A DNA stretch of 64,000 bases. Origin: Styela clava. Taxonomy: Eukaryota. The position numbers and the translations under genes are program-made. This document shows, in pieces, positions 25,701-38,296 of this stretch. Location: positions 15,252,001 to 15,316,000 of the forward strand of contig NC_135261.1 of NCBI RefSeq assembly GCF_964204865.1, written 5' to 3'. The notes below the pieces were generated by a model. The model saw only the letters and a program-made list of their open reading frames with translations, ran no database searches and was not told where the DNA came from. The first letter of the stretch is position 1, and each line of letters starts with the position of its first letter.

Positions 25701-28700
25701 ATTCACTCCTGTAAAAAACCTGCAGGTCTACAGAATGTATATTATTGTCCAATTTAAAAAATTGTAAATAAAAATTGCAGAAACTTGCCATGAAGACATG
25801 GGTAATTCAAACAAGTTGACTAATACAAGAAACAATGATGATGATAATACAACTAATTCATCTTCAAAAACTGAATGTCAAATAATGTCTTGCTATGATT
25901 CAACGGTTCCGATATTGGACCCAAACATGTTGAAGAAGCCTGAATTACTTAATAAAAAAATGGTGCTTGGATCAAAAAGTTTGGATCAAGATTTTTTACA
26001 TTCTCAAGGCCACCCGGAATTATTGAACGATACTGAGGTAAGTTTGCTAAATTGTTTTATCTGGTATTAAAGGTCTATATTGTGAAAATATACCTTCAAC
26101 AAATCCCATGAATATTCCTCACAATTGTATTAGATTAGACAAGCTGTTTGAAATACTTTTTTCTATCTTTCATAGTTTTGAATAATTAATATTAAGAATC
26201 AAGCCATAAACAGTTTTTTTCAGTAAGATATTTTAGTCCAATTCATTTTGTTGATATATGATTATCTTAGTATGAAAGTAGACATGAAATAATGTTTGCG
26301 ACATACAGAACGTACATTAGCAAATCAATATTTAACTAGTACTGAAACGCTGGAATTAGTTATAAAGTATTTTGTAACATCAATATTACACGACATTGCA
26401 TCAGTGCCTTATTTTTTTATATGAAAGCATTCAATATGTTCAACTCCACCTTTATGTCATGTAGGTGTAAGGTGTTCCCTTCCAAGCGAGCGACATGAAA
26501 TAGAAGTCAATGTCCAATGCCTTTTTACACACCAATATCTGAATCTTCAGCTGCAAATTTGATTTATTTGGCTGTTTGATCCATTTGGCTAGGAATAACT
26601 CAGGCTTATTTATAGAATATTTTCAATTTGTCACTTATAGGATAGACTTCAATCACCGGTGAAATTTCATTTTGATAAACTTGATAAAATTGCATCAGAA
26701 GATGGAGGAGAAATTGTATTCGTGTCTAAAAGAAAGAAGAAATCAAGATCAAGTAATACTACTTTATTCTGATTGTTGTGGGACATTTGCAATGGGTGAT
26801 TGGTTCGCATGTTGGCAGGGTAAAGATTATGGGTTCCGAATACTCCATACCATACCCACCACTTCACCCAAGAGTCAATAATTTGGATACGCAATGCAGA
26901 ACTGGAAAGATTTCTGTTGGCGAAATAATAAAAGTTCAAGTGCCTGCCGTAACAGGTTCTTTCTCAGAGGGAAGGCGGTAAAACACCTCAGAAGTTTTAT
27001 GATATATGCCAGATGTCACTCAGTGAAAATTTAATTTGCTTTATATTTTGCTGACTATCAACACAATAATCATGCATATTGAAACAACATTCCTATTCTT
27101 CAATTATTTTTGCATTTTGACAATGATTTATTTGAAAATTTATATGAAGAATATAAATTTATATTTTGAATATGATTATCTTATATGAATATCCTGGTTA
27201 GAGGGAAGCTTATAAAACAACTTATAAAGCGAACCCCGGCCTGTCGTCCGCTTACCAAATCCATGGTGGATGGTGAAATAAGTATGCAATATGGGTCTTA
27301 ATTGTTTATAAATACATCTTACCAATTTACAAGGCTAGTAATGCCATACTTTATGAATAAGATGGTGATATACTACATAGATAAAGCATAGTTCAATATT
27401 TGGTACTCCTGTAATGTGTGTACCGGGTTAGGACTATGCCGCCCATAATTTTGTTTTGATTTTCCTTATTTTAGTTCTATTACGAGTTCAGGGACTGTCT
27501 TTGTTAGCCAGGTGAATATACCCCCTGCCCATAGGTTTTTAGTCCATTTACACAACTTTATTAGCCGTACAAAATTAGTTACCTTAATATTGGTACACAT
27601 ACTTCTGGAGCGCCCAGTATTTAATGCTTCAGTCAAAGATAGATGCTACAATATATGATTCCTATATTATTTTCCAGCTTCAACATCGAGTGGGAAACAA
27701 ACAATAATCACTCAAGAGAAAACTGATATTGTGAGTAACACTCATAACTTGCTCACTTCCTCTGAACTCCACTCTTCACAAATAGAGATTAACAGTGACC
27801 TTCCTGGTTTAAAGGTTGGAGAGCAAAGTTCACAACCCGCTGTAGATCACAATATTTCATATGAAGACAGGAAAAGTGACCTTCCTGGTTTGAAGGTTGA
27901 AGATCAAAGTTCACTAGCCACTGTAGATCACAATACTTTGTATGAAGACAGGTGCTTTGGCCTGAATGAGGACTCTGGAATTCCAATACATGATCATGAA
28001 AATACTAACGCCAGTAATGATGGAATGTCGCCTACAGGGAAAAATGAAGATCGTATTGTTGTAATGCATAAGACAACAGGGAATCAGTTATGCCCAAAAG
28101 TTGTTCAGTCGCCAAAAATTGATTCCACAGATTTTGACTTCTTCACATCTAAGCTGGCATCACTAAATTTGTCGAGGATTGAAGAGAACCAAATTACTTC
28201 AGAACGCACTAACTCAGATGAAAGAAATAACTGTAAAGAAGAATTTCTACCAAAGCAAAAAAGCGAGCAAAAAAACGCAAATTGTACTATTTTAAAACCA
28301 GAATCTGGACTTGATGATTCAACATCGGAGTTGAAAACTTCATCGAAGATTGCAAGTCTTTCTGACAACGCTGTCAGCACTCCTTTTCTTCTGGATAGTG
28401 ACTTTATCTCAACAGCTGTTGTAAAATCAAAGCAGGAGCCATTGTTTTCCGACTCTGAGGAGTCGCTCAATGAAAGGGTGAGTGAGAGTCAAACACATAA
28501 TGATAGAAACACTCAAATTGCTTCCAGTATTGATGATATTTATAGAATAGAAGACGGATCTGTGGATTTTGGGAGTGAAATTGAGACCGATTCAGATAAC
28601 TCATATGAGACCCCTGTGAGTTTTTTTTGATCATTTTTTACTTTTTTATCGTAAAGTATTGAAACATAATCATCGAATAAACAATTTCTCATCAATTGAT

Positions 28701-31700
28701 TATCTATTTCTCTTTTTGCCATGAATTCATAGACTCAATTTAACGCAAGTCTGAGTTTTTTGCGATCAGTTTTCTAAGATGAGATTTTTGCAAAAATGAA
28801 ATATTGAAGTCATATTCAACAAATAACATATGAAAGTCGAGGATATATACTCAAATCTTTATTTTTCACTCTTAATGGTTCTTTAGTTCAAAGAAGAGAA
28901 TGAGAACCTTTTTTCTCATTTTCCAAAATACTATAAGTTCATTATCCTGAATATTCAAAGGTGTCTTTTGATAAACAATAATTTTTATCGATTTGTCTAG
29001 GTATTACCTACTGTTGTGCGAAAACAAATCAGTGTGGCATCCTCTACCCAGAGTTTTACAAGTTGTTTTGGAGATACAGTTCCTGTTAAATTATTAGACA
29101 GCTGGTCGGCTACAAATTTGCAACATCAAGTTGTCAGTGTTTCAGGTAAATTGGGGCGAGATTTTTTTGTTTAATTCTGGATAGCATGTATGGCAGACTG
29201 TAGCTGTTTGTATGGTTACAAGGTCTGGTAAAGGATTAATTTATCCCAACCCTTTTTTAACACCCCCCCCTAGTGCTTAATTTCCAAATGTTCATTCCCC
29301 AATATGCATGAAAACTTCATATTTCCATTGGTTGTTCAATCGTTAGTAGATCATTAGCTAGTAAAGTAAAGAGTTTCAGCAGATGCATGTTTTTAATTGC
29401 ACAATTTTTAATTTTGATGACCATATTACTCGAACTTCGAAGTGAAAAACGAATCCCATAGACCCCACAGAAATTTTTTCGGTGAGAAAAAGTACCTAAT
29501 AGCATTCTACCAACAACAACGAGCTCAAGTTGAGTTTTGCGGTTTAACTGTAATTCGGATTCATTTTCCATTTACATTTAACACCCTTGTGATGTTTATT
29601 AATCATATGGAATCATTAAATTTTATTATTTATGCTTTATTACCTTTTCCTAGGATCAGATTCCTTCATCTGGTTTATTGATAGCAGTAATCATATATAC
29701 ATAGCGGAGGAGATTGAATTTGGAATGTTTAATGTTAAGTGGAAAAAACTTGCCAAGAAGGGAGTGCAATTATGCGTATCACCAAGTGGTAAGCTTTCAT
29801 GAGTTTTGACTTTCAATGATGTTAATTTCACAAGTTTGAGTGGTTACTGGATACTCGATTTGATGAAATACCTTGTTTTAACCTAATGTGAACGTACACT
29901 CACTCAGGGGTTTGCGCATGGTGCTTAGCTATAGAAATATGTCCTCTGGTTACCGTGCCTGTGCTCACAGATTCGAGTCCTGTTGGGATAAATGTGCGGG
30001 ATAGCTGTAGGGTGGTTCACGTAACTGCTGATTAGTTGCAGTTTCCTCCATCATCAAGTCTAAAAAAGAATAATAACTGGCTAACTAATACCACACCTGA
30101 CATGGAAGGGCAAACGCATAAGGGGCAGTGGTGGGTATGCCATATGATTAAGCCATATTACAGATTTTCCTTTCCCTCAGGATAAATATGAAGATCCTCT
30201 CTTATTGAATAAGTGATGATTGCCACATTGCTTGATTTGTGTGGAATAATTACACTACATTTTTAAGAAAATTTCCTCAAATCAAGATGACACAGTCCCA
30301 CTCAGAAAAAAAAAGTGACCCATTTCTGATCAAAGTTATGAGCGACTATCGAAATGCCTAACAATTTCTTAAGCATCATAGAATTATGATTGTGCATTGA
30401 ATGCGATCCATCAATAAGAACAGGGGCATGCATGGATACAGTGTAAATTTTACGAATGCACACATTCTTGGTAGAGGCATACTGTTTAAAGGCACTTTAC
30501 AAATTTCCCATACTGAAAGAACTTAGACATGCATAGAAAATGGTCGTCTCTCGCATACATGAATATAATATTTTAATACAAGTTTAGGAACCACTGGTGC
30601 AGAGATTTGTTTCAAGAAAATTTGTACAAACTGTTTTCATATTTGCAAGGTGCTGTAGCTTGGCTTGTTACCAAAGGTGGAGACGTCTATGCTGCTGTTA
30701 TGCCAGTTGATTTCCAGTCACTAGAGGAACCCATTAAATTATTCTGGCAATTCGTAAGCAGTGAAGTGAAGTACGCTACTCTCGGTCATGATAGTGCATG
30801 GGTTGTATCCAACAGTGGAAATGTTAAAGTTCAATTTGGAATTTCAAGATCAAATCCTTTTTCTAAAAGTTGGGATGTAGTGCCCTGGAATTTAGAGAAG
30901 GTGCTGGGTAATATCTCAGATTTCATGATTAGGCGTTTTGTATTTTTTATCATCAGATTTGTACAATCTATTGAGCTCCTTTGAGTTCTTACATCAGAAT
31001 TTTATATATAATTTCTGGGCGCTCCAGAAGTGTGTGTACCAATATGGAGGTAACTAATTTTGTTCGCCTCCTTTACATCAAGTTGTTTAAAGGGACAGAA
31101 GTCTATTGGCAGGGGGTATATTTATTTGGCTGACACAAACAGTCCCCCGAACTTGTAATAGAGCTAAAATAAGGATAGTCTGAATAAATTATGGCCTATC
31201 CCGAACCTGATATACAATACATACTACGGAAATACCAATTTCTGTTTGAATTGTAAAATTTCTTAATCATATCAACAACCTTTACTGTCTTTTTCAATCA
31301 TGTTAGTAATGCAAGTGGATTGTCGCTCCATGCTGATGTTGGTTGTCTGTTGGTGTTGTCCTCTCCAATTCCACTTGAAGTTCATCTAATTCTATGTACA
31401 AGATGACCTAAAAAACAGCATACAAGACATTTGTAGCATATTCTTGGTTGGAAGAATATAACTTTTTGTGCAAATGTTCTAGATCAGGGTGGTCCAAACC
31501 CAGGCCCGCGGGCCACATGTGGCCCGCCGCTCTATTATCTGTGGCCCGCGCCGCATTCGGAGAGTAATCAAAACATCGTACTTTAAATTGCTTCTCATAA
31601 AATGAATCAGAAAAATTGTTTGACATCTTGTTGTTATATCACTATACTGTGTCTAGATTGACTAGTATGATGGCTAGCTGAAGCAACTATAGCGGGGTGA

Positions 31701-34700
31701 ATATGTGATGGGCAGTCTAAATTGTTACCTGGATTTCTATCGTTTTGGTCGGGAATATATGCTAATAATATAGGCATGATAGAAAACTAAACATCGGATG
31801 CGGAATCCATTAGACTAGGTTTGGCAATGCCTGATAACTATGTGTTCACACAATAGAAGTGCTTGTTTTGTATTGCACTGTTTACCTATTCTTGGTACTA
31901 TTGTGGCCCGCAACTAATGCCGAAATAATTTTGTGGCCCGCGGAGCCCACAACCTTGGGCCACCTTGTTCTAGATTATTGAAGCTTCTGGGTATGATCAT
32001 ACCAAATCTGAAGTCCAATTGTTAAATAAATTGTATTTAATTTCGTGGAAGTAATTAAGAAATTTATGAGTTCTGTTTTTTTGGGTCACCATATACTTGG
32101 CATGATTAACTGGAATGCAGCCTAGACTGATAACTGGACAATAGTTAATAGTTTGTCATATGATTAACTCGTTTTATTGACTATCCTCCACTTCTAATAA
32201 ATATCTTATTTTTCAGATCAGTCATATTACGTCTACAAGGTCAACAATTTGGTGCAGAACTGAGAATGGTCAAATATTTGCTGCAGAATTGAGTTCTATT
32301 GATTCGAGTGATTTTTCTTGGGAACCAGGTCTGTAATGAAAATAAATTTACAGAATATCAGTAGTCTACAATACATGTCATGGAATTTGCATCTCAGTGT
32401 AATTTCGTCTGATTTAGAAAATACACAAATCATTTTATTATGAATATAGATAGGACGAGTCGTGATAGAATATTCTTTCTATATCACCAAACTTTTTTCA
32501 ACCATGCAATGTATCTAGCCAAGCAAGCATGTTTCAAACCTGAGTTAAGCTTGCGATACGCTTCAATATTATTCAATGTAGCGAATGCTTGATCATAGGA
32601 GTTGGACATTGTTTTTAGTTCATTTATGGGCCCTTTTTTTGCAAACATACCATTCTGATTAGAAATATTGTTGGTCTAAAACCGCTTTAAAATTTGATCC
32701 CTCAATGGATAGTTGAAATTATTTTTTTAATTTTTTTTTTCCAAATCTACACAATTTATAATGATGATAATATTTTAAATTGTATTTGAAAGGCTCATCT
32801 ATACATTTCTAGCCTTTGGACTATTCGCTTTTTAATACATCGTCTTTTTTGTTTTATTCAGTTGATCTCCCATTCATAAGAGATGGACATCAGTCCTTCA
32901 TACAATCTATAACAAGTGATCATAGAAATACTATTTTTGCTGTGGATGACAAAGGAATGCTGTGGTTTCTGACTGAAGATAGAAATTGGTGGCAGGTATG
33001 ACAATAAGTGTGCATGTGGATTGTTTTGATGTTATGTTGTTTTTGTTGTTCATCTTGTTGTACACGAAGTGCATATATGGGCCGTTTGGTTATTATGTTG
33101 TTGTTGTGAAAATTCGCATGGGATTTGTTTTTGTGTGCGATGAAGTCGTTAAAATTAAAAATTATGCACCATGTGGCAATAGTTTCCAGAACAGTTAACA
33201 TCTTATAAATTATAAATGGTCGATGAATGAACATCTATCTGTCTTGGATGAGAAATGTTCAAAGACTAAAAAATCAGGAATAATAGCATTATTTAAAAAT
33301 AAGACAGTTTTGTACATCAATAACAATTATTAATTTTGTTTTTTATTTTCAGGTCAATGTGAGCGAATATATTGACGAAGGCCAACATCTTCTATCACAT
33401 ACAACATTACATGCTTTGCCTGCCAGTGTGTCTATGTCAGTACATAAGGTATGCTTACATACATACATGAAGATTTTGTATTTGTGAGAGATGTTTCTTA
33501 CATTCACACTAAAAAAAGACAAATGGAGCTACTCGTTTTGAGCAAACTAAAGCATATTTATTGTAAATATTTATCTCTATGGCAGGATTTATAACTCAAT
33601 GTTTTTTTTATGAACTTTTGTTATGTGGAATCTACTACTCGTACTCATCGCTGTTTTCTAATAGTATTGTCATGAACTACTTCCAAATCTACCATCAATC
33701 TGTATTTACTACTGCACAATTCTACGCTATAATTTGTCAGTCTCAGTACTTCTTGGCATTTTAGTTCCCCCTCGAATCACTTATTCATTATATAAATACA
33801 TTCATTTACAGTTTCATATTTATAGCTCTGATGACGCGCATAGCTCTGATTACACTAAAAATTCGGCTTATGCAGGCATAACACTGATATCACTAAAGAG
33901 TCGACTTATTCGCGCGTAACTTTGATCGCACTCAATGATAAGAGCGTACGATTTGTAGGGTCAGCTTATATGGAAATTTTTATAAATTCACAATCTCAGG
34001 GCAGTTTTTAAGATTATATGCGAGATCAGCTTATATGCGAGGATATACGGTAGTTCAATTTATAGCTAATGATATCTTTGAATGACTTTTACATTAATTT
34101 CGAAGTTATATTATTATTATATAATTATTTCAATTTTAGGTTCAGAGATGGATGGCTGGATTGGTGCGAGCACAACATGTTGCAGTTAACAATCAGTCTA
34201 TTTGGATTGTCCACGATAACCAGAAAGTCAATATTGCCAGAGGACCGTTAACTGGTACGAATTACTAATTCTGCTGTCTAAAGAATTAAAAATATGCACA
34301 TACTATACTACTGATTCTCCGAATTTGTTCAGTGTGACTTGTGATTTAGTCTCCATGTACATTGAATATATTGTTTGAAACGTGGAGGTATGCCGCATCG
34401 TGCTGAGCATCAGGAATACGCAAACTGCTGGTAGGTTACAGCCTTCTTCGCCATCAAAGTTTAGGCATCTGAAAACAAATACCTGGTAAACTTCCCCATA
34501 TCCGACATGATCTGGTATTTAAACGAGAAGCCATGGTACATGGATGATTACCAGTTATCTTATCAGTTTTCCTCTGCCTGGAGATGAACATGTGTATCTT
34601 ATACCTGTTTTATATTCTAGGTTGTAGATGGGATATCACCACTCCCCTTGGAGTTGCAAAATCTTCCAAGTGGCAACATATCACAACATCATCTATATTT

Positions 34701-37700
34701 TCAGCAGATTATGGGAATTGGATTGGTAAGAATTGTAAATGTAAACGGAATTCCCCCTTTTCAACACAGTACCTACCAAGGGGTAGTATTGAGTTTAAAA
34801 AAATTTGGTTCCATTAAAGTGAGTAATGTCATGTCAGAGTTCTGATTGTGAATATGTTGTGCATTTTTTGTTTTAAGTGGCAATTCACACATTCACACAG
34901 CATATTTAATCAGCCATTTGGACTTAAGCTGGAGCTAGTATGGTTTGGAAGTATGCAGTGTCTATGTAGTTCAAACATTGCTCACTCAATATCTCATGTG
35001 CTGGGAAAGACTGCTGTACTGTGTAGTATATATAATATGATTGTACTATAAATTATAGGCTTCCGTAAATCTGTTTTTTGACATTTTGAATTTTCTTCTT
35101 GAAGATTTTTTGGATTTACTGTAATAAACTGAACCTATTCACGAATTGCCTACTATTATATAATTTGGGTCTTTTTGTCTTCATCTTGTAAATAAATCTA
35201 GTATGACTAAATATCATGTTATTTACATATTAGTGATTGATTGCGATTTTTATTCGACAAGTTTTTTTTACAATTACAGGTTTGGTGTGGGCGTCTCGAC
35301 CTAATGGGGAGATATTTTGCTTTCCCTCACAAGATGTTGCTACTACACACGCAGTAACTCTTATTACACCGGTATCTGACAAAGTAACAATTTCTTGTAT
35401 GTCTGCGTGTAAGGAAGCATTGTGGGTTTTACATGATGATGGTACGGTTTATATTAGATCAGGAATTTCTGCAGATTGTTTGGATGGAACAGAGTGGAAT
35501 AAACTTGATACAACCGAACAGTTGGGTAAGTAAGAGAGGGGCAAGACCCCCAATGCCATCATAGTGAGGCCCAAACTGATTCTAGGTGTGAATTCATAAA
35601 TTATAAACATGTACAGACTACAGACCATCATGTTTATTATGTGCACAAAAGACTCGTAAGCCGTAAACACATAAAGTAACTTGAAATTGTACTTAGCTAA
35701 CAGGTAACAAAATGCAAAGACAAATTCATTTTAAGTTCCAAAATCATAATTTTCAGTTATCTTAATTGCTACCTAGAAGGGGCCAAGTGCAATCTGTTTT
35801 GCATAGAGCTCTGCGTTGTTAAGACCGGCTCTGATGAGAAGGTCTTTGTTGTTTGTTGTATGCAATGGAGCCATTCAAAATTAAATATACTCAAATTTAA
35901 ATTAATTTACCGGTAAGTATTATTTTTGGTCATAAATTATTTTCTGACCTAAGTTCATTTATAGGAAAAACCAAACTTGTGTACTTGAGTTGTGGAACTC
36001 AAAACGTTTGGGCTGTTGATTCCAGTGGTCTGGTATATTTTCGAATCGGTGTTGCAGCAGTAGATAGACATTCCCTTCCACCTGCATGGATTCCAATAGA
36101 AGGTTGCCAAGTGTCAGGAAGGAAATTTATACAGGTTAGATATTTTCACAGCATAAGAGGTTCAATTGATTTATATGTACATAATGTGTACTACGTATGA
36201 TATCAGAAACCTGAATTGGCAATCTTATTTCATAAATATCATTATGTGAAATTTTCCAACTCGCTTGTCAACTTCAACAAAGTCAAAGTCAACAAGTAGT
36301 CCTGCTGTCCAATATCCCACAAATGCCAATGAGGCCAATGTAGTTATACACACCCTCATTGTAAACATGGGCAATATAGCGGGGTGTGGTGGGCTGGTAG
36401 CCAACCTTTTATGGCTCGTGGCCCCTTCTGGAGACTTCTAGGTTCTTGCACTCATGGCCACCTGTTCATCATTCCAGTAGTATTTTTAGTGTTTTTTCAA
36501 TTGATGAAATCACCATGTGAAATAACTTTATGAAGCAATAAAACTCGGAGAAACAGGGAAGTATTCTCGTAAAGGATAAATTAAATCAGTTTTGCGCCTA
36601 GCAATGTGCCCCCTCCAACGGCTCTGTGGGGGTCAGGGACCCCCGGTTAAGAAACCAATCCTTGATTTAACTCATTCTGTTAAAAGTATAGTGTTTATAT
36701 TAAGCATCGGACTGGCTCGAGGTGGCTCCTAATATGTTTATTCTACTCAATTTCTTTTAAATTTTGTTAATATTATTTTCAGATAGAGTGTGGTCTTTCT
36801 GATGGCAGTGTGTGGGCATTGGATGATGCAAACAATGTTTTTGTTCGCACTGGAGTTTCATTCACTTTGCCGGTCGGTGATAAGTGGGAAGAAGTTCCAG
36901 GTAATAACGTAGATATTTCATAAAAGTTTTGAAAATATGTAAAAATGGAATTTTTTCTTCTGTGAAAGAAGAAAATTTCTTACAAATTTAATGAGTGCTT
37001 CCTTATAATCATTTGACGTTGCATTACTGCAGTGAATTACATACAGCCTTTTCTGCCTGTGCCTTTATGTACATTATGTTGCATCAGTAGCATAGAATAT
37101 CAGTGAAGTGAAGGGTATTCTGTCATTAGAGCTGCGTAAAGATACCTTTTTTGCAATAATGATGTAACTTTTTTTCCAGGTTCTCATGCTCAACAAATCT
37201 GTATAAGTAATCACACCGTATGGGGATTGAGAATTGGTGGCAATTTGATCAGAAGATATGGTATATCTGATAGAAATCTTATTGGTGATTACTGGAAAAA
37301 AGTAAAAGGAAAATTAAACAGAATCGCAGGTACTAGTCTCGAAAACATAATTTTTGCTTGTCGTCGGTATAATGTTAAGATTGTTCATTTTAAACATTTA
37401 AAATTTTTTCTTGCACCTCTCATTACCCTGCGTGGGTTCACAGGTTCGAATTCCATGCATGGTAGTTATGTGTGAGAGGATTGCTGGACTTCTCACCGCA
37501 GCAGTGTGGTTAAGCAGCCGCTGGTTGATTACGGCTTCCTCCACCATCAAGTCCATTCTTTCGAAAAACAAATAACTGGCTAACTAATCCCATACCCGAC
37601 ATGGACTAGTAAACGGACGAGAAAGCAGTCTCCTAGTCCTCTGTATTTTGTTTGTTCATTTGTTGTTGTTTTGTAATTTGTTACTGTAGGAGTGACCAAA

Positions 37701-38099
37701 TAAAATTGATTGATTGATTGAAGACAGTGGTTCGCCATATGATTTAGTCGTCTTATCGACTTTTTCTTCCCCCAGGATAAATATGTAAATCCTATTCTAA
37801 TATTGACAATGTGAACAAGGACTCTTAAGTACCGGTACCTTAGTTCTAGCATATTTGATGTTGGTCGTCAGATTGCTGTTAGTCCTTATTCTTTTGTTTT
37901 CTGTATAGTTACACCTTATGATGAATTATGGGCTATCGACCACGACCAACGATTGCGTCATCAATTTACATCTATCTACCTCCCTCTAGTGGTAGAGGCA
38001 CAATATAAAATGGATTCAATAGATGTTAGACATGATGCTAATGTTGATTTCGACTTCCCAATGCAGGAGAAATCAGACAATGATTGGGAAATGATTTAG
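16749..38099 (+). CDS. TECPR2: Tectonin beta-propeller repeat-containing protein 2 (WD40 + linker + TECPR repeats + C-terminal LIR); 27 coding exons, about 1639 aa
   Basis: Phase-consistent GT-AG exons totalling 4920 nt: 16749-17074, 17287-17410, 18307-18435, 19276-19407, 19667-19833, 20376-20466, 21177-21336, 22239-22400, 22828-22889, 23179-23301, 23844-24012, 25781-26037, 26641-26752, 27678-28615, 29001-29145, 29654-29788, 30650-30900, 32217-32328, 32862-32995, 33353-33448, 34140-34254, 34621-34725, 35280-35525, 35965-36134, 36783-36900, 37180-37329, 37909-38099. Motifs match TECPR2 as I recall it: IPTRIQHGFR, ITCMEWSSNGMKLYTGDRKG, FCTRPGYRIWIADTEG, basic SKRKKK patch, tectonin repeats (VWAVDSSGLVYFRIG, VWALDDANNVFVRTG, IGDYWKKV) and terminal DNDWEMI (human ends WEVI). 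Confidence 0.93.
18660..18962 (+). mobile_element. Short DINE-1/HINE-like element in TECPR2 intron 3
   Basis: 5' hairpin tacttatcgat-ttca-atcggtaagta; (GTCT)n microsatellite; subTIR acttatcgat / atcgataagt (18924-18933); 3' hairpin tcggtc-tct-gaccga; T-rich end. Confidence 0.75.
19441..19530 (-). mobile_element. SINE 3' fragment
   Basis: Reverse complement gives cccatacccgacatggactgg...gccatatgattaagtcgtcttatt, as in the 37412 copy. Confidence 0.6.
27402..27615. mobile_element. MITE (gggcgctccagaagt TIR family), TECPR2 intron 13
   Basis: Ends in ggtacacatacttctggagcgccc; inverted homologue at 31017-31236 and a short palindromic relative at 49800-49913. Confidence 0.65.
27794..27952 (+). repeat. 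In-frame 81-bp (27-aa) tandem duplication in TECPR2 exon 14
   Basis: SDLPGLKVGEQSSQPAVDHNISYEDRK / SDLPGLKVEDQSSLATVDHNTLYEDR; starts at 27794 and 27875. Confidence 0.9.
29908..30200 (+). mobile_element. tRNA-type SINE copy
   Basis: B-box-like gattcgagtcc (29970); shared core and tail ggataaatatg.agatcct. Confidence 0.7.
31017..31236. mobile_element. MITE, inverted relative to 27402-27615, TECPR2 intron 17
   Basis: Starts gggcgctccagaagtgtgtgtaccaatat; its reverse complement aligns along the 27440-27615 copy. Confidence 0.65.
31485..31967. mobile_element. hAT-Charlie-like MITE (483 bp)
   Basis: Perfect 8-bp TSD TTCTAGAT (31477-84, 31968-75), fitting the NTCTAGAN preference of Charlie elements; TIRs cagggtggtccaa / ttgggccaccttg; repeated ggcccgc subterminal motifs. 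Confidence 0.88.
34381..34600 (+). mobile_element. Degenerate, internally deleted SINE copy
   Basis: ccccatatccgacatg...aaacgag.agcc.tggt...atgatta..ttttcctct motifs shared with the other copies. Confidence 0.5.
37412..37799 (+). mobile_element. tRNA-type SINE interrupted by a 90-bp (ATTG)n-tailed retro-fragment (37631-37720)
   Basis: B box ggttcgaattcc at 37443; family core; the insert ends aaataaaattgattgattgattg. Confidence 0.75.
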
Positions 38100-38290
38100 T
38101 CTTATTTGATCAATTATATAAGACCTCACTTTGTAATGAAATGCAGGACACTATCTAGTACACTATGCAGTATCTTTTCAAAAGAAGTTTTACGGGAGGC
38201 ATTATCGAGAACAAATCGTAATTGAAACATATTCTGTTTTAGTCATCTATGGGTTAAAATCAATCAATTGCTTCTAAGCTATATTTTGTA

Positions 38291-38296
38291 AATAAA
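38291..38296 (+). terminator. Candidate polyadenylation signal of TECPR2
   Basis: First AATAAA about 190 nt after the stop codon, followed by T-rich sequence. Confidence 0.35.

Noticed and set aside
27789-28722. Minus-strand ORFs of 60-121 aa
   Set aside because: Antisense shadows of TECPR2 exon 14.
37430-37460. tRNA gene suggested by the B box GGTTCGAATTCC
   Set aside because: No cloverleaf; it is the head of a dispersed SINE.
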